DNA of 62,639 nt, the filler included, from Aduncisulcus paluster (lineage: Eukaryota), in the NCBI GenBank assembly GCA_024181965.1. It is 5 parts of 5 records of this genome, joined end to end, with 100 filler letters (N's around TTAATTAATTAA, not from the genome) between each part and the next. Parts side by side here need not be neighbours in the genome. Positions count along the whole stretch, not along the records: positions 41,074 to 62,639 come from BQXS01010896.1; 4 more parts are not named here. The stretch is one strand, 5' to 3'. The notes beneath the pieces are model-generated. The model worked only from the letters and a program-made list of their open reading frames with translations, had not been told where the DNA came from and ran no database searches. The translations under genes and the position numbers were made by a program. Positions 42,712 to 53,530 of the stretch are shown here, in pieces. The stretch's first letter is position 1, and each line of letters starts with the position of its first letter.

Positions 42712-43828
42712 ATGATAAGTGAAATAGCAAGGTACCATGAAATGGTACAAACATTAATATATAATCCGTGCCCAGATAGTATGTTTTGTAACTTCATTTC
42801 TACACAGTTCAATTTAGATGAGTTATCTCTCTTAAAGTTCAAATTGAATATTTAATTTACCTATTTTTCTTTTTGCAATACTTTTTATTGTTAATTCAAT
42901 AGGGGCAAGGAGACTTAAATTGGCTGTTGCTGCAACGAATGAAAAAATTGTTGCCGCCAAAGAAAAACTTAAAATATTCTTCCAATATAATATAAATCAT
43001 ATTCAAAAAGCAGAGCAAAGCATACAAAAAAGTAAGAGACATATCAGTGAGATTGAAATTCAGCAAGACCAAAATAAGCCTTCAAATCCATCTCCATATC
43101 CAATATATCCCGATCCACATGGGTCCATCGAAATGCCTGAACATATGAGACGAGCAGAGATCAAAAAATGGCGTGAGCAAAGAGATAGAGATTCGAAAAC
43201 AGCTTCATCATTAAGTGCTAAGAAATCTCTTAACAAAATGTATACGAGGCCCAAAACTTCCACATCAAAGAGAGAACTTGAAAAATGGAGAGAAGATCGA
43301 CAAAAAAAGCTCGACGATAAAGTTGAAGAGAGGAAAAAAACATTGGTCAAAGAAAAAGAATCCCAACATAAAAGCCAGAGAGAATGGAAAATCGATTTTG
43401 AAAGAAGAGAAGAAATGAAAAAAATGAAACGTGCTTTAAAACTTGACGAAGATAGGAAATTAGAACAGAAAAGAAAAAAGATTGCCAGAATCCGTGCTGA
43501 CACCGCAACTCGACAATTGATTAGGCGTCAAGAAAAAGATATCATTAAGGCCGAAGAAGATTTTAAAAGAAGACAAAATGATCCAAAGCGAATGCGAGCC
43601 AAGAGAAGAGCTATCGAAGCCCAGCGTCAAGCCACGGAGGAAGTTATGCTTCAACTAAGACGAGAAGGACGGGAAGTTTCCAGAGATCCCGAAAGAATAC
43701 ATTTATTGACAGCAGCTGGTAAACATCGTATGGTTGCTTTAGTTGAGGGTGAAGATAAGACAGTGCCCCAAGTAGGCCTATTTTATAAACAAAAGCCTAT
43801 GAGAGCAACACCAACATGGATGAAATGA
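42712..43828 (+). CDS. CCDC112-like coiled-coil protein (1 intron)
   Basis: C-terminal VSRDPERI..LT.....RATPTW matches the CCDC112 VSRDPSRL..PT..RAIPTW motif. Exon 1 (42712-42778) joins in frame through intron 42779-42902. Confidence 0.75.
42779..42902 (+). other. Spliceosomal intron, 124 nt, phase 1
   Basis: GTATGT donor, T-rich body, AATAG acceptor; supplies an ATG exon to an ORF otherwise starting at TTG. Confidence 0.8.
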
Positions 43829-43901
43829 CCATAATACCAAATTATAATTAAATATTTAAATAGTAAAGCATTTTTAATTTTGTATTTGTTATTTCTTGTG
43901 G

Positions 43902-45836
43902 ATGGCAGCAAAAAAATTATACAAACTCCTTAAAGATTTCGTTTCAGTTGATAAAGATAAACTTTTAACAATCGCAAAACAATTAGAAAGCTGTTTTTCA
44001 CTCGAAGATGGAGTTGATGATATATCTCTGGGATTCAATTCAACCAGGCAATTTATTAAGCCTCATGAAATATTTAATTTATATTTAAATATTATTTCAT
44101 CAGAAGATATACCAATAATTGATCAATGCAAGATATTAGAAAGTTGTTACGTTTTCCAAGAAATGAAAATCTATCCTGATGTACAATTTCAAGATTTTTT
44201 TGATAAATGTGAAGGAGAGTTAGGTATAATGATTGATGAAGGTTCTCTATCAATATCTAAAGTTTCAGGAATGAAAGATGAATTTACAAAAATATGCGAA
44301 GAATTTTCGCCGAAATATGAAAAATTAATGTTTTCTTTTCTCACATGTATGCAACAAAAGCCTATTTATTCGTCATATGAATCTATGTTCATATTTTCCA
44401 ACTCCTATGCCAATTGCTTGTGTCATTTGAATCATGATTCTTTTGACAAATCACATGATAATCTTGCAAGGCACATTATCTCCCTGATATCAAATCCCAT
44501 CTTATCTCAGTATTTACCACTGCTTAATCAGCTTCTTGTCTGCACAATTTTCCCCTTAATTCATAGAAAATTAAAGAATATTGTTGCATCACACTCTATT
44601 TCAAGCATATGTCCAACATATCTCATCGAATATATAAAAAAATATTATTCAACGATTCGTACCTCGAAGAAATTGCCTTTCAAAAAGGATAGAACAATTT
44701 CTTCTTTCCATATTCCGTTCACTTCGAAACAAACTCATCCAACGACTGTCCGATTAGCTGTTCTGCCGGATAAATTTGTAGAGTATGATATTTCAAGAGT
44801 TTATGAGTGGACGTGTCATTGCTCGTCCGTATATATTGATTTCTTGCTATCCTGCTACCATAAGACTCCAAAATATCCTTTTTCACGCGGTTCCTTTTTA
44901 TTGTTTCCCCTTATACTCGTTATTAATGATTGTGAATCGCTGCAGACAACTATGTTAGATAGAGATATTCATATTGAAGGATTTCTTACTGCTTTCGAGA
45001 TAGATACGCCCGATTCTAAGGATAAAAAAGAACATCTAACTATGTCGTTTACATCAATTAAACAATCAACATCCCAATCCTTGTCTATTTCAATACTAGA
45101 AGAAGAATCGCATCTCGCACCATCAGAAATTTTACCTATGGAGCGATCATCTCACACATTCGCAGATTCTGATCATCAATGTCCTGAGCATCATAAAGAA
45201 GATGCGCAAAAGGGACCAGGTGCATTAATGGCGACTTTGGACTTTCTTCCTGGCCTTCCTTTTGATTTCCCTTCAGAAAAACACTTAACTCCATCACTTC
45301 CATCTGCTCTCTTATTTTTCTCTCTTTTCCAATCGCAAATCAACATAGTTTCTTATGTTATCCCGTTAATTCCATCCTTTTTGCACTTCATGTATCTTAT
45401 TTGCGATCATCCTGGTTGCGTGGCTATGTGTGAGCTTGCTGAGAGTATTCTTCAGATGCTTTGTAATGTTCCAGTGTCGGACGCTCTTTTATTCTGCCGG
45501 TATTTCTTCCTTGGAGAGATTGACCATGCATGCGAGTGCATATCGTTCAGGGATGGTGACAATCTTGAATCCGTCGGTTTGGGTATTCTTGGATTGCCAA
45601 AAATAGACACAGTGTCGTCTTTGTGTTCTCTTCCTTTCATTGCCAATAATTTGGATGTTTGTCACTTTGTTTTGAATTCTCTGACGGTTAGTGATCATGT
45701 CAAGCATCATCCTTCGATTGAAATGATTAAGACTATGATAAATGCTTGGGAAGAAAATGAATATTTGCTCGGATTCAAAGACCTTGTGCAAATTGAACAA
45801 CTCATGCATGTCGTGAGAGGCTGGATTCAGAAATAG
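43902..45836 (+). CDS. Hypothetical helical protein
   Basis: 644-codon open frame from the first ATG; no motif recognised. Confidence 0.75.
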   Translation: MAAKKLYKLLKDFVSVDKDKLLTIAKQLESCFSLEDGVDDISLGFNSTRQFIKPHEIFNLYLNIISSEDIPIIDQCKILESCYVFQEMKIYPDVQFQDFFDKCEGELGIMIDEGSLSISKVSGMKDEFTKICEEFSPKYEKLMFSFLTCMQQKPIYSSYESMFIFSNSYANCLCHLNHDSFDKSHDNLARHIISLISNPILSQYLPLLNQLLVCTIFPLIHRKLKNIVASHSISSICPTYLIEYIKKYYSTIRTSKKLPFKKDRTISSFHIPFTSKQTHPTTVRLAVLPDKFVEYDISRVYEWTCHCSSVYIDFLLSCYHKTPKYPFSRGSFLLFPLILVINDCESLQTTMLDRDIHIEGFLTAFEIDTPDSKDKKEHLTMSFTSIKQSTSQSLSISILEEESHLAPSEILPMERSSHTFADSDHQCPEHHKEDAQKGPGALMATLDFLPGLPFDFPSEKHLTPSLPSALLFFSLFQSQINIVSYVIPLIPSFLHFMYLICDHPGCVAMCELAESILQMLCNVPVSDALLFCRYFFLGEIDHACECISFRDGDNLESVGLGILGLPKIDTVSSLCSLPFIANNLDVCHFVLNSLTVSDHVKHHPSIEMIKTMINAWEENEYLLGFKDLVQIEQLMHVVRGWIQK

Positions 45837-46070
45837 GATCTGGGAGATTGTTTAATGGATTAGAAAATTCCACCTATTTTATGCAATGATTATAATTTAT
45901 AATTATTAATTTATAATTATTAATTTATTATGAATAATAATTATTTATACGAGCGAAGAAGGGCTTCTGTACCACTGTAATTCCATGAGTAGGCTGAGAT
46001 ACATCCCATTATCTCATTAAGGGAATATCAATATGTTCCTGTAAACCACTAAACATTCAATATATCCAAG

Positions 46071-48365
46071 TTATTGCTTCTGTTTCCATATGGATATTGT
46101 TCCAGAATCTCCAGCGCTCACAATGAAAGATTCTTGAGCATTTGATCGTCTTGCCACAGATAAGCAACTGATGCTTTCTGTATGCTGAGTTTCATTGATG
46201 ATATCGAGCTCATCAACAATAAATAAACTCGTATTCTGGGCTCTTTTATGGGAATCTGATGAAGGCGATATCGATATGGATGAGAGTTGAAGGGAGAACA
46301 GAGTGACAGATCCATCCCAAAGGCCACAAATGATGTCGATCTTTCCATGATCGCCATAATTTATATCCACACACTCCACTCCTGGGGTGTGAATCCCACT
46401 GTCCTGGTCAAGATCAGTGTGGTGAAGAGAACCGATATCTGACTCTTGTGATTGCACTGCTGATGATGAGGATTGAAGACACCAAACACTGTAAATGTCA
46501 TCTTTTAACCATGGTTCCCCGCTCTTTTCTTCTTGATCTATTCTTTTCTTTTCTGTGCTGATGGACACCTCTTTATCATGATCTACTGGAAGACTAGATT
46601 GACTTGTACTGTCAAAGTGTTGTTTTGGTTCTTCCATTTCTCGTTGTCTGAAATACATCCGAGATGCAATCTTTGAGGAGAGAAACGAAAGAGGAGAAGT
46701 GGAATGATCAAAGAATGTTTCAGATGAGGATGATGGATGCAATGTCTTGGAATCAACCACTTTTTTCTCCTTTTGGAAATCGTGAGGTTGTTCGGTATCA
46801 GACTTTGATATTGTATCTGTTTTTAGATGATGTTCCCAAACACAAAGATAGACAGATCCATCACATGTGCCAAAAGCACTCAAAACAACAGAACCATTTG
46901 GCCTTTTGGAATGATATGGTGGATGGCAGCGTTCATGAGATCCATCCATTACTTTCTTTTTTTCTTCTTTTTTATCATCGTCAATGTTACAACTCTCTTG
47001 ACATTCGGATATACATTCTACTCTGGAGGATTGCCGATGGAGAGATTGAGCATCACCATTTTGTGATGAAATAATCGGAATATCATGGCAAACCGCTGTA
47101 GCAACACATGAAATTGGAGATACAGAATAAAATATCTTTCGAAGAGGTCTTGTAAAAGGAGAGGACAATGAGTGATCTTTGATATGAAATGGATCATACA
47201 TGAACAGTCCTCCTTCCCCACAAAGCATAATAATATATTCACAAATGGAACCCCGAAGAAGAGTTCCAGTCATAATTGCACCCGAAGAGGGATCTTCCTC
47301 TTCCTCTTCTTCTTCCTCTTCTTCCTCTTCCTCTTCCTTTTCTCCTTCGTCTCCTTCTTTTCCTTCATTTTCAACATCTTCTTGAATGAACTTTTTCTTA
47401 CTCTGACTAGCTTTAAGTTCTTTTTGAACACTTTTTGGAGGCTTTGAGTCTTTGGTACTGGCAATTCTTTCAGTTAGAATTCCAAATTTTCCGTCAGAAT
47501 AGCCAAGAAAATAGAGCAGAGAACTATCACAAAATATCAATGACATTGTAATACATTTTGAAATATCTTCAATGCTCATCGATGCGTGAAGAAAAGAAGA
47601 GACATCGAAATGAAGCGCCAGAGAGGTTACTGTAGCAGGAGGCAAGTAAATTTGTCCAATACACTGCACAAAACACTGCGATAAGAGACTCTCATGTGAA
47701 GAAATTGAGGTCTGTTTCGTCCTTTTATCTGCCACTACCTCTTCAGCATCCTGAGACTTTGGGATTTCTTGAGATAACGCTTTATCGCTTGGAGAAGACG
47801 GAAGAGGGAGATGAAGGAGAGATTGAATGCGATATTTTGTAGAATCAATATGTTTGAAACCCTCTTCGTAATATTTAGTTTCTTTTTCAATCATTTTAGA
47901 GATTGAGATCATAATATTTGAGATTTGAGATGTATTGTCGAATCGGAATCGTGATGGAGAGCTAATTTGCACCTTTTTTGAAAGAAATGGAACCAGTGAT
48001 ACATCCCAAAATGTTGTTTCATACCTTGTTGAAGCTATAATCAAAAATCGAGTATGAATATCATGCTGATGGGTCGAAACAGAATCAATCATTGTAATTT
48101 CTCCGATTTTCTTTGGTTTATCCGTATTAAAGAATATATTTTTACACTTTTCAGAGACACAATACACCCGAAAAGAATCAACTCGGCAAGGGGAAGAAGA
48201 CGGAGGGATTAAGTTAATAGTGAGACATTTTAGACGTGAAACAACATCCCAGACATAAATTATGCCACGAGAAGTTCCGACAAAAAGATAAAGATCTCGA
48301 AACATGAATGATTGAGAAACTTGTTCTCCATGAAGATAAGTCTCGAACACAGATGTCAAATTCAT
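46071..48365 (-). CDS. Divergent WD40-repeat protein with acidic insertions
   Basis: GTSRGIIYVWD, GTCDGSVYL, GLWDGSVTLF, HTESISCL..SAGDSGTISIWK. Confidence 0.75.
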   Translation of the reverse strand: MNLTSVFETYLHGEQVSQSFMFRDLYLFVGTSRGIIYVWDVVSRLKCLTINLIPPSSSPCRVDSFRVYCVSEKCKNIFFNTDKPKKIGEITMIDSVSTHQHDIHTRFLIIASTRYETTFWDVSLVPFLSKKVQISSPSRFRFDNTSQISNIMISISKMIEKETKYYEEGFKHIDSTKYRIQSLLHLPLPSSPSDKALSQEIPKSQDAEEVVADKRTKQTSISSHESLLSQCFVQCIGQIYLPPATVTSLALHFDVSSFLHASMSIEDISKCITMSLIFCDSSLLYFLGYSDGKFGILTERIASTKDSKPPKSVQKELKASQSKKKFIQEDVENEGKEGDEGEKEEEEEEEEEEEEEEDPSSGAIMTGTLLRGSICEYIIMLCGEGGLFMYDPFHIKDHSLSSPFTRPLRKIFYSVSPISCVATAVCHDIPIISSQNGDAQSLHRQSSRVECISECQESCNIDDDKKEEKKKVMDGSHERCHPPYHSKRPNGSVVLSAFGTCDGSVYLCVWEHHLKTDTISKSDTEQPHDFQKEKKVVDSKTLHPSSSSETFFDHSTSPLSFLSSKIASRMYFRQREMEEPKQHFDSTSQSSLPVDHDKEVSISTEKKRIDQEEKSGEPWLKDDIYSVWCLQSSSSAVQSQESDIGSLHHTDLDQDSGIHTPGVECVDINYGDHGKIDIICGLWDGSVTLFSLQLSSISISPSSDSHKRAQNTSLFIVDELDIINETQHTESISCLSVARRSNAQESFIVSAGDSGTISIWKQKQ

Positions 48366-48662
48366 ATAAAATAACTAAAATAAGGAAATGATTCAAGTTA
48401 TTTGAAATATAGTTTAATACTAAGTAATAAAAATATTATATAGACTCAAAACGGAGCATTTCATTTTTCTCTTACACCGAAGGTAAATAACATAATTTTG
48501 AATAATTCTTATTCATTTACATAGTCAAAAAGAGATCGAATTTTATTTGGTATAATTCTTAATTAAGCCAAACGCCGACTGAACAAAATTCGGGTGATTT
48601 TGCTCACACCTATTTTCTATTATCATTCATTTGAGCAAATAATATCATAATATTTTTATTTT

Positions 48663-49634
48663 ATGGGCTGTTCATCCTCTAAATCATCATCTCTCGTGTT
48701 TAATGATCAGTTCTTGATTAGTTCAAAAGGGCAGGATAAAATCGGAAGTGGAAGTTTTGGAGCCGTTTATGATGGAGTAGATCTTATTACACATCTTCCT
48801 GTTGCTATAAAAGTTGAAAAAAGACGTAATGCTGGGAAAAAATTTGATGGGAAAACAGTTCTACAGAGGGAAGCTGATGTGTATGATGCCGTTATGGACA
48901 AAATTCCATGTCCATATATGTTTTATAGAGGAGGAAACCAGCGATATAGATGTATCGTTCTTGAACAATTGGGTCCCTCCCTGAATGATGTGTTTGAACA
49001 TATATCTGAGAGTACTGAAACGATTTTAAAGTGTTTTTCTGTTTATACGTTAACTGTTGTTTTCATAGATTTACTCATAGTTCTTAGAAAAATGCATAAT
49101 TGCGGCTATGTTCATCGTGATATTAAACCTGGTAATTTTTTATTCGGAGTTGATCCATCAAAGGCAAATATGTATGTAATTGATTTTGGAATGTCGAAAC
49201 GCTGGAAAGATGGGTATGGAAAACATGTTCCATCCCAAGCCAAGAAACGTGCAACAGGTGTGTCTCATCTCGTTGGTACTCCTCGATTTTGCAGTATTAG
49301 TGCTCATTACGGCGATGGATTGAGTCGTAGGGATGATTTAGAGTCCCTGTGTTTTATGATTTCTTTCCTCGGTACGGGTAGTCTTCCTTGGTTTGATGTG
49401 TCCAAGAAAAGGGATGTTGCGTCTGCCCACTTGCAAATATTACAGAAAAAAGAAGTTGCGAAGCCGTCAGAACTCTTCCATGGGCTTCCTGGTGCGTATT
49501 CAGAAATTATGAGGACTGTTCGAGAGATGGCTCGTGAAGATGATCCTCCATACGACTTATTTGTCAAGAAATTGCAAAAGGTTCTTAAAAGTTCAGTTAA
49601 AACATCGGGTAAACAAAGACTTGATTGGTTGTAA
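48663..49634 (+). CDS. Casein kinase 1 family Ser/Thr kinase with N-terminal MGCSSS acylation motif
   Basis: IGSGSFG, VAIKVE, LGPSL, HRDIKPGNF, IDFGMSK, GTPRFCS, LSRRDDLESL, LPW. Confidence 0.95.
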   Translation: MGCSSSKSSSLVFNDQFLISSKGQDKIGSGSFGAVYDGVDLITHLPVAIKVEKRRNAGKKFDGKTVLQREADVYDAVMDKIPCPYMFYRGGNQRYRCIVLEQLGPSLNDVFEHISESTETILKCFSVYTLTVVFIDLLIVLRKMHNCGYVHRDIKPGNFLFGVDPSKANMYVIDFGMSKRWKDGYGKHVPSQAKKRATGVSHLVGTPRFCSISAHYGDGLSRRDDLESLCFMISFLGTGSLPWFDVSKKRDVASAHLQILQKKEVAKPSELFHGLPGAYSEIMRTVREMAREDDPPYDLFVKKLQKVLKSSVKTSGKQRLDWL

Positions 49635-50284
49635 TCTGGAGAACACAATAATATAGTATAGTACAATAGTGTTTGATGATTCATATTCCCCAAATCCAAA
49701 ATGAAAGGACGAGTGGTGATATCGAAATTAATTCGAAATATTCGATAAGAAATCGATAGATAGAAACCATTTTATTGATATAAATTATATAATATTGTCT
49801 TGGGTCTTATGGAGAAAGTTTCTTTTCGAAGTTTTAGAAATTGTGAACTTTGCGATGATTATTAAAGATATAAGTTAATAATGATGAATAATTTCGAAAG
49901 AATGTGGAAGGTTAAGTTCCAAAATTAAGTCTTTCTTCCGGGAATTTTGTTGAAAATAATCGAATCGACGCCTCGTCTTTCTCCAAAAACTCGTCTTCTG
50001 AGTTCTGCTTGTTCTTGCTAAATTTAAATGCACAATATTTAACTAACGAATGAATGCGTTATTGAATCAAAAGTATTTTTGATAAAATTATACATGTTAT
50101 TCGTCATAGCCTCACTCCACAATAGGCTAAAGTTCTATTCAATAATTCTTACGTTTCACACATTTAAAAATAAATTTCCATTAATAAAATTTTTAGTTTT
50201 TTCATAAATTATACAAGGCTTTGTAATTATCCTTGCTATCTCACCTAGTTTTATATTTCGTTTTTGGGAGTCAAATTTAAAAAT

Positions 50285-51217
50285 ATGTCGGATAGTAATG
50301 ATTATATTTACTTTTTAGTCGATGCTTGTCTTGGAATTCCGACCCTTGCCTTTGAAATTATCTTCTATTGCATGGCCCGTAATAGATCAGCCTTCCAAGA
50401 GACTCATTATGCTATATCAACCATTAAGAAAAGACAAATCATATCTAGAAATATTTTTTGGTTTTATTTTTCCATTATTGCCGGCACTATCTCCACAATT
50501 ACTCTGCGAGTTATGCGTACCATATCTAGCTGGCCTCCCTCTGATGAGACTTATTCTCATGTCTTCCTCGGGTATTATTCATTTATTATTTCACTTGCAA
50601 ATGCATTTTCATGTTTTGTCTTCCTGTTTCTTCTGACAAATTTCGCTCTTGCTTTTTCTTTTATGATTAATAGAAAACATGTGAGAAGAACATTAATTGC
50701 CTATAAAATATTTTTCATTTTCTTTTTAGTTATCGTTATTGTCGATACTATTATATTTTCTATCCACGACATTCTCAATTACAAAAGCTGGTCTCATTTC
50801 TCTGATTTTATCCATGACGATCAAGTTTTCAAGATTACATGCCGTTATCTTCCAACGGCAATTCAAGGACTCCTTGCTTTGTGCACCACAATCTATTTTA
50901 TTTACATTGTTGTGTCCCAAGTAAGAACTGCAAGACATTTGGATGAAAGGATGCATATTATCAGCAAACCTCAAAAAAGACTCATATTCAAACTATCTTT
51001 CATGGCTATTGCAAATGTTATTCTTTGTGTTATTAATATTGCCTTGATTTATCAATCTGATGAAAAACCCGACAACCAAGGGCTTGGATCCATGCTTATT
51101 TCCGATATTGCAATGTATTTGGTCTATGTTCTTAATGCATTTATATTTGTAACTAGCAATAAGGATCAGAAATCCGATGATTCCACCCTTCCATTGATTT
51201 CTGACAATGGATTTTGA
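50285..51217 (+). CDS. Seven-TM-like membrane protein
   Basis: About seven hydrophobic helices in 310 aa; C-terminal DDSTLPLI resembles an acidic dileucine sorting signal. Confidence 0.65.
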   Translation: MSDSNDYIYFLVDACLGIPTLAFEIIFYCMARNRSAFQETHYAISTIKKRQIISRNIFWFYFSIIAGTISTITLRVMRTISSWPPSDETYSHVFLGYYSFIISLANAFSCFVFLFLLTNFALAFSFMINRKHVRRTLIAYKIFFIFFLVIVIVDTIIFSIHDILNYKSWSHFSDFIHDDQVFKITCRYLPTAIQGLLALCTTIYFIYIVVSQVRTARHLDERMHIISKPQKRLIFKLSFMAIANVILCVINIALIYQSDEKPDNQGLGSMLISDIAMYLVYVLNAFIFVTSNKDQKSDDSTLPLISDNGF

Positions 51218-52017
51218 AGAATGCGGAAATTACTGGAAATAGGATTTTTTTTCGGTCATAATTATTGCATAGTACATGCATAAATATTTAAACGTTAAGA
51301 AAGGAGAATGGCATTCATATGGCATATGATATGACAAATATTGTTTTTGGGGTCTCTGACCTTGAATGATACAATAATAATAATATTTTTTTATATATTT
51401 TGAATGGTATAAATAGAGTTTTGAATGTTACATATGTTAACTTATTGTATATTGTTCATTTGATTCTCAACCGTTTTTAGAACTCTTTCTTCGATCATCG
51501 ATCAATATGATATTGATCCAGAAGTCGAATATCAAAATTTATTTGTTTTATGTTCTTTAGATAAACTAATTTATAGGTCAAGAATTGATTAATTGGGTTT
51601 AAATCTTTGAAGAGATCTTTTTTCATTTTTTTGTTGTTTTTTCCGGTATTCTATGGTATGATAATTCCATCTAGTTGCTTCATTTTATATTAATGATCTC
51701 CGATGTCTGAAATAAATTCAAAAATCTTTGTTTCTGATCTCCCAATGACACAAAAGCTAGTGGTGTCTTAAGTCCTGAATAGGTTCTAATCTTGAGGCAA
51801 TACAATGTTTTCTAAATTACAGTCCTGATATTAATTCAATAACAAAAAGGATTGACATTATATTAATTTGTATTTGACGAAAACTAGATCTAACGATTCT
51901 TTGAAAATATTCCTGTACTACATAACTAGTAGTTATTTATTTAATAATTGATCTCACCTTTCCAATTTGTACATGTTAACGAAAAAATTGAATAATAATA
52001 TTTTATTTTCCAAGTTG

Positions 52018-53265
52018 TTAAATAACATCTCCAAACACATCATCACTATCATCATCTTCTTCACCTAATTGGAATCCTCCACTTCCCAAACCAACAGGCA
52101 AAGATGGTGGAATATAAGGTTCTGAAGTTGGAACTGAAGGGAAAGGTTCTGAAGGCAAGGATGGCGCAATTGGTTGTTCAGTCTCTTTTGATTCATCCTT
52201 CTTATCTTGATCAATTGAAACATCAGTTTTCCATTCATCCTGAGAAGCAACAATTGGTAATTCGGCTTCTTTGGCCTGGTGGGACTCAGATCCCAACGAA
52301 GGGACAACCACTTGTCCAGTTGAATCACTTCCAGGAACAGGAACAACTCCAGGAACTGGAACAACTGAGGCATCCTCTTTGGGGCTTTCTTCCTGATCAG
52401 TAAGAATGTCGTGGTATGATTCTCTTTGGATATCCATTCCAGAAGGAATATGGGACGGAGGAGATGGAAGAAGTGAGGCGGAAGGATGATCATGAGCCTT
52501 TGAAGAGGAAGATGTCGATAGTTTGGCATCTTCACCGGCTAGAATAGCCCTCATATCACCAATCATTTCACTAAATCGTATACTTGATGCTGTAATAACC
52601 TTTGCATTAAAAGTGGCAGGTGAAGACTGTTGTTGAGATTTCTTACCCAATTTCTTGAAGAATCCAACAATAGAAGATAGCACTCCACCTTCAATCTCTC
52701 CAACGCATTCCTCCAATATTGTGATTTTATCCCTAATTTCATGTGCAAATTGTTCGAGCCTGTCAATAGCTTTAAATACACGAACAATACGAGTAAGAAG
52801 CATAGAATGAAGACTATGGACTGCCATTGAATGGGCAGCAATGAGAGATTGAATAGTTTCAATTCCACCAAGAACTTCATCAGATTTGGCCAAAAGAAGA
52901 TCAATGACATGGGTAATCCCGCCCATGGCATCTGGAATTGATTCTGAAATATCAAGGGATTCTCTTAGCAATTTAGTAACCGTATCTACCTCTCTTGCAA
53001 GAAGAATATCAATATCATATGTTGAGTCAAGTTCACCATCAAGAGCGGCTTTTTCAAATTCCCCAGGGGTAAATTCCTGCTCTATTATTCCTTTTGATGA
53101 CGATTCTGTCGATACAATTGGGTTGTCTTCTATTTTTTCTTCCTCTAAAACAGGATCTGACTCTTTAGGTTGAACTTCCTCTTGATTTTCCTCTTCCTCT
53201 TCAGTATCATCATCATCTTCCTCTCCGATGACAACACCCTCCATTATTTTTTGTTCAGTGCTCAT
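52018..53265 (-). CDS. BLOC1S4/cappuccino-like coiled-coil protein with acidic and Pro-rich extensions
   Basis: IDLLLAKSDEVLGGIETI..VFKAIDRLEQFAHEIRDKITILEECV resembles BLOC1S4 (LLTRVDEF..IYSRIDRLEAFV..MEEQV). Confidence 0.55.
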   Translation of the reverse strand: MSTEQKIMEGVVIGEEDDDDTEEEEENQEEVQPKESDPVLEEEKIEDNPIVSTESSSKGIIEQEFTPGEFEKAALDGELDSTYDIDILLAREVDTVTKLLRESLDISESIPDAMGGITHVIDLLLAKSDEVLGGIETIQSLIAAHSMAVHSLHSMLLTRIVRVFKAIDRLEQFAHEIRDKITILEECVGEIEGGVLSSIVGFFKKLGKKSQQQSSPATFNAKVITASSIRFSEMIGDMRAILAGEDAKLSTSSSSKAHDHPSASLLPSPPSHIPSGMDIQRESYHDILTDQEESPKEDASVVPVPGVVPVPGSDSTGQVVVPSLGSESHQAKEAELPIVASQDEWKTDVSIDQDKKDESKETEQPIAPSLPSEPFPSVPTSEPYIPPSLPVGLGSGGFQLGEEDDDSDDVFGDVI

Positions 53266-53530
53266 GAGTCTGTGTCAAGAAGATCTTTTTTGCTAAACTG
53301 TCAGAATCATTAATAATATCACTTTTCGTACAATAAAATTTTTTTATTGGATGTCAATATTAATAATATTTGATTAAAATATGTTCTAATGTTGGCTTTT
53401 GGATAGCAGGCAACCAGCTTGCAGCAAAGACCCATTTTGGTTAACACCAGGATTTTATTTTTGTTATATTTTTTCATATTTTCTATACATTTATTCATTT
53501 TATTATATAAATTAATCGTTATAGTTTATT

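Noticed and set aside
45890-45930. 14-bp AT-only tandem repeat (AATTTATAATTATT)
   Set aside because: Low-complexity slippage in AT-rich intergenic DNA.
49320-49345. AGG codon reassignment suggested by the odd tRNA(CCU)
   Set aside because: AGG encodes the conserved second Arg of CK1 SRRDDLES.
49718-49765. Cluster of TCGA words
   Set aside because: Short and irregular; cannot be separated from low-complexity chance.
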